From Photobacterium ganghwense (GTDB lineage Bacteria > Pseudomonadota > Gammaproteobacteria > Enterobacterales > Vibrionaceae), in assembly GCF_003025595.1 (NCBI RefSeq), contig NZ_PYMI01000004.1, positions 710,939 through 734,938 of the forward strand: a DNA stretch of 24,000 nt, given 5' to 3'. The translations under genes were made by a program, and so were the position numbers. Each line of letters starts with the position of its first letter. The stretch's first letter is position 1. This document shows positions 1 through 8,092 of the stretch, piece after piece. Below the pieces are notes generated by a model. That model searched no databases and was not told where the DNA came from. It worked only from the letters and a program-made list of their open reading frames with translations.

Positions 1-563
1 CCCGCGGTGAACCGCTCCAGCTCAAAGATGGTGCCAAGGAAAAAGTACACAATGAAAATCTGCACCAGCAGCGGCGTACCCCGTATAATTTCGACGTACA
101 GAAATGCCAGATTTTTGCTCACCGGATTATGAGAAATGCGCATTAACCCGGCCACCAGCCCGAGAATAATGGCAAAAAACAGCGACAGCACCGATATTTT
201 CAGCGTGACCCATAACCCCAGTGTGACCGGGCCAATCGTCCACTGGTCACTGCGTGCCAGCACGTCACCTTCAAAAACTAGATCCCCCTGCTGAACCAGC
301 CGCTCATCATATTTTGCGATGTGCTGGGCATCGTCGCTGTAATCAAAATTAATGGTGATGGAATTATCCGGGTTGATCACTGCGGTGCCGTCACCCTGTG
401 CCCGGTATTCCTGCGGGGTTGTATCGACAATGAACGGCAGCACCCGTTGCCATTGCCAGTTGTAATTTATGCTTTGTGATGCCTGGTAAATACCGAGCAT
501 CAGTGCACCGACGATGACTACTGAAACAAGGTGCCAGAGCCAGCGGTTGGTCGTCCTAATCAT
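1..563 (-). CDS. polar amino-acid ABC transporter permease (His/Glu/Gln/Arg/opine type); 5' part only, the gene runs off the left edge
   Basis: Hand translation of the minus strand from ATG 563-561 gives MIRTTNRWLWHLVSVVIVGALM... The frame stays open to base 1 and ends ...RGTPLLVQIFIVYFFLGTIFELERFTAG, a typical permease core. AAGGA lies about 7 nt upstream of the ATG. It sits directly downstream of the binding-protein gene on the same strand. It is absent from the ORF track because the window truncates it. Confidence 0.8.
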   Translation of the reverse strand, partial: MIRTTNRWLWHLVSVVIVGALMLGIYQASQSINYNWQWQRVLPFIVDTTPQEYRAQGDGTAVINPDNSITINFDYSDDAQHIAKYDERLVQQGDLVFEGDVLARSDQWTIGPVTLGLWVTLKISVLSLFFAIILGLVAGLMRISHNPVSKNLAFLYVEIIRGTPLLVQIFIVYFFLGTIFELERFTA

Positions 564-607
564 ATACATCTTCCTTAGGCGTTGGGAGAACAGAACACTG
601 ACGGGGA

Positions 608-629
608 GCGGCTGACCCAAGCCAGCCGC
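608..629 (-). other. intercistronic stem-loop between the binding-protein and permease genes
   Basis: GCGGCTG (608-614) and CAGCCGC (623-629) form a 7-bp GC-rich stem with an 8-nt loop and no U-tract. The position matches the mRNA-stabilising or attenuating hairpins often found after ABC binding-protein genes. Confidence 0.4.
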
Positions 630-636
630 CGTGGTC

Positions 637-1440
637 TTACTGCACCTGGCTCAGCCAGCTGTCGTCTTTAAACCACTTGTCATAGATACGGTCGTAGGTA
701 CCGTCGCCTTTGATTTGACGCAGGAAGTTATTGAGGAAATTGAGCATGTCAGAATCGCCCTGCGCAATTGCCCAGCCGAGAGGCTCATAAGTGAAAGGCT
801 GCTCAAGGTGCACCACTTTGCCCTTATTCTGAGCCGCGTAAATGGCGTTAAACGGCATGTCATAAATCAGTGCATCTGCTTTACCGTTGGCCACTTCCAG
901 CGCAGCATCGGCCTGCGTTTCAAACACATTCAGCTTGGCTTTGCTGAGCATACGTTTGGTCGCCTGCTCGCCTGTCGTCCCCAGTTTGGTCACCACGGTG
1001 TACTGGCCGTTATTCAAATCTTTATAGCTGGTCACTTTGCCTTCCAGCTTAGGATTCAGCAGGATGCTCTGACCAATCACGATGTACGGATCAGCAAAGT
1101 TCACCCGCATGTTACGCTGGGCGTTGATGGTCATCCCTGCGTTGATCATATGGCACTTGCCAGTCAGCAGCGTCGGAATAATCCCGTCCCATGCGGTGTT
1201 CACCGGTACATATTTCACTCCCATCTGACGAGCCATCATCTTGCCAAGATCGATATCAAACCCGACGTAAGAGCCATTTTTACTCTTCATTTCAAACGGC
1301 ATATAACCGGCATCGAAACACACACGCAGCTCGCCTGATTTAGCAATATCATCCAGAATCGGGCCGGCCGAAACCGATGCAGAAGCGCTTATTAATGCAC
1401 AAGTGGCAACCATACCATTTACAAATTTACGTACAGACAT
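637..1440 (-). CDS. periplasmic amino-acid ABC transporter substrate-binding protein (SBP family 3)
   Basis: 267-aa ORF. The N-terminus MSVRKFVNGMVATCALISASASVSA looks like a signal peptide. The body (LRVCFDAGYMPFE, GFDIDL, DGIIPTLLTGKCHMINAGMTI, ADALIYDMP) is typical of polar amino-acid binding proteins. AAGGA precedes the ATG. Confidence 0.9.
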   Translation of the reverse strand: MSVRKFVNGMVATCALISASASVSAGPILDDIAKSGELRVCFDAGYMPFEMKSKNGSYVGFDIDLGKMMARQMGVKYVPVNTAWDGIIPTLLTGKCHMINAGMTINAQRNMRVNFADPYIVIGQSILLNPKLEGKVTSYKDLNNGQYTVVTKLGTTGEQATKRMLSKAKLNVFETQADAALEVANGKADALIYDMPFNAIYAAQNKGKVVHLEQPFTYEPLGWAIAQGDSDMLNFLNNFLRQIKGDGTYDRIYDKWFKDDSWLSQVQ

Positions 1441-2111
1441 CCTTGTATCCTTCTTATGAGTCTAATTGCAATGTATCACGCTGATACTTGCTTGGTTATA
1501 ACAAATAAAATCCCGTTAACTCAAACACAATCGAACAATAAACCACCAACTCGAACCCACCAAGCCAATACCAAATCAGCATATTGTGGTTAGTAATAAA
1601 TCACATTCAGTACAAAATTTTCACATTAAAGACAAGACTAGCACACCAACCCATGAGAATAAAAATTCACAAAGTATGATTTTTTAGTTTAATTTGCAAA
1701 ACCAGACACTGTTTGGGACAAACACAGGAAAAAATCGGGAGATCACCAGAGAAAGAACTCAACGCAGGAGCCATGAAACAGTCGAGCCATAAGACAATCG
1801 AGACATAAACCAAGTCAGCGGGAGAGCTCAAACACCCGTTAAGCTTTAGGTACGATGGACTAGATGGGTACTACGAGCACGATGAGCAGCACAGCCTAGC
1901 GAGAGTAACGCTGGCCATAAAGATCATGTGCTAACAGAGCACTCACAAAAAGAACACGGTCAAAAAGGCCGATGATGAACAGGGGACGGATGTTGAGGGA
2001 ATTAATGAAAAGATACGACTTAAAAGGGCATTACTGAAAAAGACATACCGACAATACATAGGAAAATCAGCAAGAAAATAAGCAGACTTAAAAAGCCCTG
2101 GTTTATAAAAC

Positions 2112-2171
2112 ACTAATTGATAGAAAACTGGTTGATAGATAACTGGTTGATAGAAAAGGGTTAATAAAACA
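2112..2171. repeat. 15-bp tandem repeat x4 (ACTAATTGATAGAAA / ACTGGTTGATAGATA / ACTGGTTGATAGAAA / AGGGTTAATAAAACA)
   Basis: Read directly from the sequence. It is preceded by about 165 bp (about 1947-2111) in which A4-6 tracts recur roughly every 14-17 bp, which looks like decayed copies. Confidence 0.85.
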
Positions 2172-2186
2172 CTCACCCACTCACAA

Positions 2187-2212
2187 CTGCTAAGGGCATG
2201 TGCCCTTAGCAG
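2187..2212 (-). terminator. hairpin terminator downstream of ygjH
   Basis: Perfect inverted repeat CTGCTAAGGGCA/TGCCCTTAGCAG, 25 nt after the ygjH stop. The minus-strand tail TTGTGAGTGGGTGAGTGTTTTATT is only moderately U-rich. Confidence 0.55.
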
Positions 2213-2236
2213 CCCCCCCTCAGCATCAGGTTACCA

Positions 2237-2605
<369 letters not shown>

Positions 2606-2614
2606 TTAGTAAAA

Positions 2615-2628
2615 GATAACGTTTACAT
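2615..2628. promoter_or_regulatory. candidate GalR/GalS-type half-operator in the ygjH/galR divergent region
   Basis: The minus strand reads ATGTAAACGTTATC. The left half matches the E. coli gal operator half-site (G)TGTAAACG; the right half is poor. Confidence 0.3.
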
Positions 2629-2751
2629 TAGCAGAAACTGTAGATTTCATAAGTGGTAAAGATCGCATTTATACCAATTACTCTGATCCCTCATTGCCAT
2701 AGTTACACATAGGGTGTTTAATTGCTGCCAACAGCATGGCAGAGGTAAAAC

Positions 2752-3756
2752 ATGGCAACGATCAAAGATGTTGCCCGCGAGGCCGGGGTTTCAGTCGCCA
2801 CCGTCTCAAGGGTGATCAATCAATCCCCTAAAGCGGGTAAATCATCCATTGAAGCGGTTACCAAGGCGATGAAAAAGCTGGGATATCGGCCGAATGCCAC
2901 CGCCAGAGCCCTGGTCAGCCAAAGTAGCAATACCGTCGGCGTCCTGGTTGGTGATGTGTCCGATCCTTTTTTCGGCACTATGGTCAAAGCCGTGGACAAT
3001 GTCGCCCGGCAAAACGGCAAACATATTCTGATTGGCCATGGCTATCACAACGCACAGGATGAACGTCAGGCTCTGGAATTGCTGATCAACAACCGCTGTG
3101 ATGCACTGGTCGTGCACGCCAAAGGCTTATCGGATGAAGAGCTGTGCAGCTATGCGCAGGAAGTGAAAGGGTTAGTTCTGATCAACCGCCACATCGAGCA
3201 AATCGCCGATCGTTGTATTTCTCTGGATAACTTTAAAGGGGCGTATCTGGCCACGGAGTTTTTGATCCGCCACGGCCACCGCCACATCGCCTGCATCAGC
3301 TCTAACCATGATATTGAAGATGCTGATGCGCGCATTCAGGGCTACCGGGCAGCACTGCTCGCACATGATATCCATCTGCCTGAAACCTATATCGCACGCG
3401 GAACGCCGGACAGTGAAGGGGGTGAAGCGGCAATGACCGAGCTGCTGACCAAGTCAGTCACAATGACGGGGTTGGTAACATACAACGACAACATGGCTGC
3501 CGGGGTCATTTCCGTCGCGCAGGAAAACGGAATACCGGTCCCCGACAAACTGTCTATTGTCGGGTTCGATGACGGTTTAATCGCCCGCTATCTCTCCCCT
3601 CGCCTGACCACCATCCGCTACCCGATTGAAATGATGGCCGAGCATGCCGCCACGCTGGCACTGCAACTGGCGAAAGACGCCCCTCAGCCCGCCGGCGCAA
3701 CCATGCGGTTTACCCCGACCGTGGTACGGCGTGATTCAGTTACCCGGGTGGGGTAA
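2752..3756 (+). CDS. galR: LacI-family galactose repressor (GalR/GalS type)
   Basis: 334 aa. It appears collinear end to end with recalled E. coli GalR (MATIKDVAR.AGVSVATVSRVIN.SPKA, VGDVSDPFFG.MVKAV, YNDNMAAG, LTT.RYPI, PTLVRR.SV). Some segments look closer to GalS, so the GalR/GalS assignment is open. AGAGG RBS. Confidence 0.85.
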   Translation: MATIKDVAREAGVSVATVSRVINQSPKAGKSSIEAVTKAMKKLGYRPNATARALVSQSSNTVGVLVGDVSDPFFGTMVKAVDNVARQNGKHILIGHGYHNAQDERQALELLINNRCDALVVHAKGLSDEELCSYAQEVKGLVLINRHIEQIADRCISLDNFKGAYLATEFLIRHGHRHIACISSNHDIEDADARIQGYRAALLAHDIHLPETYIARGTPDSEGGEAAMTELLTKSVTMTGLVTYNDNMAAGVISVAQENGIPVPDKLSIVGFDDGLIARYLSPRLTTIRYPIEMMAEHAATLALQLAKDAPQPAGATMRFTPTVVRRDSVTRVG

Positions 3757-3813
3757 GTCACCGCACCGGACTTCTCACAGGCCATACGATTAAGGCTTCG
3801 AAGATACCTCCCC

Positions 3814-3858
3814 CAAAATAGAAACAAACAAGACAGAAATTACCAAGACAGAAACAAG
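3814..3858. repeat. 15-bp tandem repeat x3 (CAAAATAGAAACAAA / CAAGACAGAAATTAC / CAAGACAGAAACAAG)
   Basis: Read directly. It lies between the galR stop and the galR terminator, and the last unit overlaps the terminator stem. Confidence 0.7.
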
Positions 3859-3906
3859 CCGCCCTGCTAAGCAACGTTCATCGCAGGCTGGCTGTTTTAT
3901 TTTTTT
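3857..3906 (+). terminator. rho-independent terminator of galR
   Basis: AGCCGCCCTGC (3857-3867) pairs with GCAGGCTGGCT (3883-3893), with one G.U pair and one mismatch. It is followed by GTTTTATTTTTTT. Confidence 0.7.
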
Positions 3907-4022
3907 GGGGGGGTATATTTATTTGCAAAGAACTCTTAGGCAGTGAGCTTTTTTGGCAATGAGCTTTGGGCGATAAAAAATACCGCGGTGTAAAACTCAG
4001 AGAAGCCTAAAGTCGCGAAGGG

Positions 4023-4052
4023 TGTGAGGACTAGTGAGGACTAGTGAGGAAT
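4023..4052. repeat. 10-bp tandem repeat x3 (GTGAGGACTA, GTGAGGACTA, GTGAGGAATG)
   Basis: Read directly. Confidence 0.9.
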
Positions 4053-4066
4053 GACAAACAAGAAAT

Positions 4067-4126
4067 AAACAGCAAATAATTAAACAACAAATCACTAAAC
4101 AGTAAATCATTAAACAGCAGGAAATA
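4067..4126. repeat. 15-bp tandem repeat x4 (AAACAGCAAATAATT / AAACAACAAATCACT / AAACAGTAAATCATT / AAACAGCAGGAAATA)
   Basis: Read directly. A partial unit AAACAAGAAAT sits at 4056-4066. Confidence 0.85.
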
Positions 4127-4136
4127 AGCCGCGTGG

Positions 4137-4176
4137 CAAAAACAGTGAGGAGAACATCATCGATATCCCCCTCACT
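4137..4176 (-). terminator. probable terminator of the GH5-like/GPH operon
   Basis: On the minus strand, AGTGAGG...CCTCACT forms a 7-bp stem (extendable with wobble pairs) followed by GTTTTTG. It starts 16 nt after the transporter stop. Confidence 0.5.
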
Positions 4177-4191
4177 CTGTGACTCAGGCGA

Positions 4192-5583
4192 TCAGCTGGT
4201 CACTTCTTTCATCGGACGGGATTCAACCCTTACCCCTTCAGCAAATTCTCCGCGACTCAGCTTATCCCGCAAAATGGCATGCTGATCTTCGGTGAAGGTG
4301 TAACGCGACATGATAAAAATGCGTATCAGGGCGCCCAACGCCGGTAACAGCGCAATACAGAAGAACAAGCCGTTTAATGCCGTCTCCGTCTGCTGAGCAT
4401 TGGGAACATAGTTAATCATCGTCAGCACAATACCGGTTAACCCGCCTGCTACCGCCACCGACAGCTTACCGGTGAAGGTTTGTCCCGAGAAAGTAATGGC
4501 CGCCGTGCGCTTCCCGCTGTGGTAGTAAGAATATTCCACAGTGTCGGCAATCATGGCGGAGATCAGCGGGTTCGTCATCATGAAGATGGCGGTGATCACA
4601 GACAGCCAGACCATCACGACCGTTGGATTATCGTAGCCTGACAGATAGAAACCGATCCGCGCTACAATCTCCAGAACACACAAAGCGATAAAAATATCCC
4701 GCTTTCTGAAACGCTTGGTCAGCATCGGCGTCGCCAGACAGGCAATCGCGCTGACCAGAGTGATCGTACCTATCAGGGAAACCAGTCCGGCATCACCCAG
4801 ATTGTAGGTAAAGAAGAAGACATACAGCCCGTTGACCATGTTAAAGAACACGTTCATGAAGAAGGCGGCCAAAATGATAAACAACGGTTTGTTCTTGCGA
4901 ACCGCCTGGAAAGTCTGCTTGAGGGTGACTTTTTCGCAACCGGATGTTTTGACCCTTTCTCGGGTATTGTAAAAACCGTTCAGCATAAACAGCAGCCCCG
5001 CCAGCATCAGGACAAGCACTGCCGGTAGATAGCCCTGATCAGTACGACCATCGGCAAAATAAGCACTCAGCTTAGGAAAAATCACCAGTGTCGCGCCTAT
5101 CCCGGCATTCACCCCCAGCATGGCACAGGTCGCCGCTTTGGCACGCTCCTGCGGTTCATCAGTCATGACTGCGGACATTGACCAGAACGGTACATCCGAG
5201 ATGGTGTATAAGGTTCCCCACAAAATATAGGTAATACCGGCATACATCACCTTGGTCGAGGTATCGGCATCAATATTGTAAAACGATGCGACCGTCACCA
5301 ACACAATCAGGAAAGGCGTAAACAGCATGTAGGGGCGGAATTTGCCAAAGCGTGATTCCAGCGTATCCATGTAACCGGCGATTAGCGGATCATTGACCGC
5401 ATCCCACACCCGGGCAATCAGGAAAATGGTACTGGCGGCAATCGGCGATATGCCGAGAATATCGGTGTAAAAATACAGAATAAAGGAGCCGACCAAGCCA
5501 AAGCTGAAGCATTGACCGACGCCATATCCAAAATAGGACATCAGCTCCCGGTGGGTCAGTGTATTGCTGGGTACAGTTGTCAT
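4192..5583 (-). CDS. glycoside-pentoside-hexuronide (GPH, MelB-type) sugar:cation symporter
   Basis: Polytopic membrane protein with the GPH N-terminal signature (YFGYGVGQ, YFYTDILGISP, ARVWDAVNDPLIAGYMD). I prefer ATG 5583 (MTTVPSNTLTHRELMSYFGYG...). The ORF-track start at 5646 is a GTG that adds 21 atypical residues. Confidence 0.85.
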   Translation of the reverse strand: MTTVPSNTLTHRELMSYFGYGVGQCFSFGLVGSFILYFYTDILGISPIAASTIFLIARVWDAVNDPLIAGYMDTLESRFGKFRPYMLFTPFLIVLVTVASFYNIDADTSTKVMYAGITYILWGTLYTISDVPFWSMSAVMTDEPQERAKAATCAMLGVNAGIGATLVIFPKLSAYFADGRTDQGYLPAVLVLMLAGLLFMLNGFYNTRERVKTSGCEKVTLKQTFQAVRKNKPLFIILAAFFMNVFFNMVNGLYVFFFTYNLGDAGLVSLIGTITLVSAIACLATPMLTKRFRKRDIFIALCVLEIVARIGFYLSGYDNPTVVMVWLSVITAIFMMTNPLISAMIADTVEYSYYHSGKRTAAITFSGQTFTGKLSVAVAGGLTGIVLTMINYVPNAQQTETALNGLFFCIALLPALGALIRIFIMSRYTFTEDQHAILRDKLSRGEFAEGVRVESRPMKEVTS

Positions 5584-5652
5584 CTTCACGTCTCTGTTTT
5601 GTGCATTATATTTTGTCAGCCGGCCCGTTACGCAGGACCGGCTCACACCCTG

Positions 5653-6723
5653 TTATTCCACTTCTGCGAGTGTTTTTATCAATGTCACTTCCGATTCGTC
5701 ATAAGGCTGCCCGTTTTCGTCCAGCAAATCGTGGAACCAGCAACGGGCATAATTGCTGTCATTACGCTTAATTTCAGGCCACGGCAGGTGCGTTTGTGTT
5801 TTCCCTTTCACCAGCCCCCACTGATAGCAGCCAATCCCCATGTCTTTGAAAAGCGGGAGCTGTTCATGCAGGTGAGATTCCGCATGACGCGCGAGCCACT
5901 CAGTGCACATCATCGGGCGCTGATACGCTTTCACGACATCGACCGCCCGATGGAACAGGTCCAGCGGCAGATAGGCATGAAACGTGATGATGTCTGACAG
6001 CTCCATGGCACGGCGATCAGTTGGATGTTCATAGACCGGCAGCTGACGATCCAAAATACTCGGGGCATGCCACGCACCGACGGTCAGCGGCTGAGTCGGG
6101 TTGATATCTCGTGCCCACTCGAAGGCTTTTTCCATCAGCGCATGGCTGAAGCGTTCCATTTCTTCATCGAATGCCACCTCACCGTCGGTGGTAAAAATCA
6201 TCCGGTTGGTTGGCTCGTTATAGAGATCCCAAATGACGATGCGGGAATCGTTCTGGTAGACCGAAATAATGTCCCGGACGTAGTGCTCCACTTCATCCCA
6301 ACGTGCCATATCCATCACAATATTCCGGCCAGGGCTGGCGGCGGCCTGACTGTTGTGCAACTCCGGTACCGGGGCTTTCTGTTCTCCCAGATACGGATGG
6401 TCTCCGGAAAAACCGCAGTCATCCATTAGGGTCAGCATCACTTTGATCTGGTTGCGTTCACAGATATCGAGGAAATGATCAATGCGCTGATGGAGTCCAT
6501 CCCGGTCAACCTGCCAGACAATAAAAGGTAAATTGGTACGCAGTGTGTTGTAGCCCACCTCCGATGCCCAACGCAGTTCCTGCTCCATAACAGCCGGGTC
6601 GAAACTCTCGGCTTGCCACATTTCCGTCCAGTTCACGGCCGTACGCGGTAAGTAATTAAATCCTCTCAGCCAACCATGCTGAGCCTGCCATTGCCATGCG
6701 CGTTCTTCAGACCACTTTTGCAT
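5653..6723 (-). CDS. cytoplasmic clan GH-A (GH5-like, (beta/alpha)8) glycoside hydrolase, specificity unknown
   Basis: 356 aa with no signal peptide. Candidate acid/base motif [11 protein letters not shown] and candidate nucleophile motif MMCTEWL at the spacing typical of GH5-type TIM barrels. AGAGG RBS. The stop lies 69 nt (to ATG 5583) upstream of the symporter gene on the same strand. Confidence 0.7.
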   Translation of the reverse strand: MQKWSEERAWQWQAQHGWLRGFNYLPRTAVNWTEMWQAESFDPAVMEQELRWASEVGYNTLRTNLPFIVWQVDRDGLHQRIDHFLDICERNQIKVMLTLMDDCGFSGDHPYLGEQKAPVPELHNSQAAASPGRNIVMDMARWDEVEHYVRDIISVYQNDSRIVIWDLYNEPTNRMIFTTDGEVAFDEEMERFSHALMEKAFEWARDINPTQPLTVGAWHAPSILDRQLPVYEHPTDRRAMELSDIITFHAYLPLDLFHRAVDVVKAYQRPMMCTEWLARHAESHLHEQLPLFKDMGIGCYQWGLVKGKTQTHLPWPEIKRNDSNYARCWFHDLLDENGQPYDESEVTLIKTLAEVE

Positions 6724-6766
6724 TTCATTACCTCTTTCACGATGCGATCAAACGAATGAACCAGCC

Positions 6767-6807
6767 AATAAATATATTAGCTAATATTATTAGCTAATAT
6801 ATTTATT
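6767..6807. promoter_or_regulatory. 41-bp perfect palindrome holding two copies of ATTAGCTAAT (6776-6785, 6789-6798); predicted operator pair over the GH5-like operon promoter
   Basis: AATAAATATATTAGCTAATATTATTAGCTAATATATTTATT has 20-bp arms that are exact reverse complements around T6787. Each ATTAGCTAAT is itself a palindrome. It lies between a CRP-like site and the GH5-like start codon, next to a divergent LacI-family gene. Confidence 0.6.
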
Positions 6808-6840
6808 AACCCGCTGACCACCAGTGTCAAATAAGCGGCT

Positions 6841-6856
6841 TGTGCGATCAGTCACA
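6841..6856. promoter_or_regulatory. CRP-binding-site candidate
   Basis: TGTGCGATCAGTCACA matches the consensus TGTGA-N6-TCACA at 9 of 10 core positions. The centre is about 60 bp upstream of a possible TSS, taking TATATT (6801-6796, minus strand) as the -10. Confidence 0.55.
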
Positions 6857-6953
6857 TTGATCAGCCACCATAAAGATCAATCTGTGATCCTTGTCGGACA
6901 GGATTCAGAACGGTAAGGAAGCAAGGCGGGGAGGGAGTGCAATCTGTACCACA

Positions 6954-6963
6954 ATTAGCTAAT
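6954..6963. promoter_or_regulatory. third ATTAGCTAAT copy, 35 bp upstream of the LacI-family gene start (candidate autoregulatory operator)
   Basis: Exact 10-mer ATTAGCTAAT, extended as AATTAGCTAATAT. Confidence 0.5.
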
Positions 6964-6997
6964 ATCTTTAGTCAAGATATTACCCAGTACCGTCATC

Positions 6998-8038
6998 ATG
7001 AACAGAAACAAGAAAGTCACCATGAGTGACATTGCGACCGAGGCGGGTGTGTCTCAGTCAACCGTGTCGCTCGTACTCAATCATTCGCAGTCAGTCAAAA
7101 TTGCAGAGGCCACCAAACAACGGGTGTTGCAGGCCGCGAAGACACTCGGTTACCAAAACAAGAAAGTTGCCCACGCAATGGGACGGCCGAAGAAAATTGC
7201 TTTTGTCCTCAACGGGCTCACCAGCTACGACCCTTTCATCGATGCCATTAATGGTGCACGGGAAGAAGCCTGGGAGAATGATTATGTACTGGTCACCTTT
7301 AACTACAGCCATGATGAAGTGCTGGCGTCTCAGATCGAATCCGAAGTGAACAGTGGCGATTATGCCGGGCTTATCTATGCCTCCAGTATGACCCGGCACC
7401 TTGAACACCAGCGGGTACAGGCCACGATTCCGACGGTCTTGCTGAACTGCGTGAGTGAAAATCATGACACCACACCGGCCATTCTGCCGGCCGATATGAT
7501 CGGGGCTTACAAAGCCGTGCAGCACCTGACCCATCAGGGTTACCGGAAAATCGCGATGCTGGCCGGTGAAAGTTGGATGCAGGCAGCGATACAGCGCATC
7601 GACGGCTACCGTCAGGCACTGATTGATGCTGACATCATGCCCAACGCACGTTATATACGAGAAGCGAACTGGTCGTTGAAAGAAGCGTACGAGCAGACAA
7701 TCGAGCTGCTTGAGCTGGATACCCCGCCTGAGGCTATTTTCTGCAGCAGTGATTACATGGCCATGGGGTGCTATCAGGCCATTGCAGAAAAAGGACTGAA
7801 AATTCCGACAGATATTGCGGTGGTGGGTTATGACAATCAGCAAATAGCTTCTGAGAGTTTTCCGGCGTTATCCACCGTCGAACTCCCTTATGCCGACATG
7901 GGCAAACAGGCGGTGGAAACGCTGCTGGCGCTGCTCAATCAACAGCCCATTCTGTCGCATAGACGAAAAGTGGAAGGCGAGCTTATCATCCGCCGCTCTT
8001 CACAGCGGCCGACGGCCACGCCCTCAAAATCTGATTAA
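6998..8038 (+). CDS. LacI-family transcriptional regulator, effector unknown
   Basis: 346 aa. N-terminal HTH ([22 protein letters not shown]) followed by a periplasmic-binding-protein-like sugar domain (IDGYRQAL, IFCSSDYMAMG, VVGYDN). Confidence 0.9.
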   Translation: MNRNKKVTMSDIATEAGVSQSTVSLVLNHSQSVKIAEATKQRVLQAAKTLGYQNKKVAHAMGRPKKIAFVLNGLTSYDPFIDAINGAREEAWENDYVLVTFNYSHDEVLASQIESEVNSGDYAGLIYASSMTRHLEHQRVQATIPTVLLNCVSENHDTTPAILPADMIGAYKAVQHLTHQGYRKIAMLAGESWMQAAIQRIDGYRQALIDADIMPNARYIREANWSLKEAYEQTIELLELDTPPEAIFCSSDYMAMGCYQAIAEKGLKIPTDIAVVGYDNQQIASESFPALSTVELPYADMGKQAVETLLALLNQQPILSHRRKVEGELIIRRSSQRPTATPSKSD

Positions 8039-8041
8039 AAC

Positions 8042-8090
8042 AAACGCCCGGCGTAAGCGTTCACTTACACCGGGCGTTTCTGTATTTTGT
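8042..8090. terminator. strong hairpin terminator between the convergent LacI-family gene and galM (possibly bidirectional)
   Basis: AAACGCCCGGCGTAAG (8042-8057) pairs with CTTACACCGGGCGTTT (8064-8079) with one mismatch. The plus-strand tail is TCTGTATTTTGT and the minus-strand tail is GTTTTAATC. Confidence 0.75.
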
Positions 8091-8092
8091 AA

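Noticed and set aside
631-1338. 235-aa plus-strand ORF
   Set aside because: It is antisense to the substrate-binding-protein gene, which has a signal peptide, family motifs and an RBS. This ORF has none of these.
1943-2176. 77-aa minus-strand ORF (…FYQPVIYQPVFYQLVFY…)
   Set aside because: The periodic peptide is just the translation of the 15-bp tandem array. There is no RBS, and it would begin on the far side of the ygjH terminator hairpin.
1700-2236. CsrB/RsmB-like GGA-rich sRNA in the long spacer
   Set aside because: I counted about 10 GGA motifs in roughly 400 nt, close to random expectation. The motifs are not presented in repeated hairpin loops, and the terminal hairpin has no plus-strand U-tract.
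5512-5997. 161-aa plus-strand ORF spanning the symporter/GH5-like junction
   Set aside because: It is antisense to two well-supported genes and crosses their intergenic stop/start region.
7091-7843. 250-aa minus-strand ORF, plus the smaller nested ORFs 7026-7349 and 7371-7619
   Set aside because: They overlap the LacI-family gene, which has a clear HTH and sugar-binding domain. None has an RBS or a motif.
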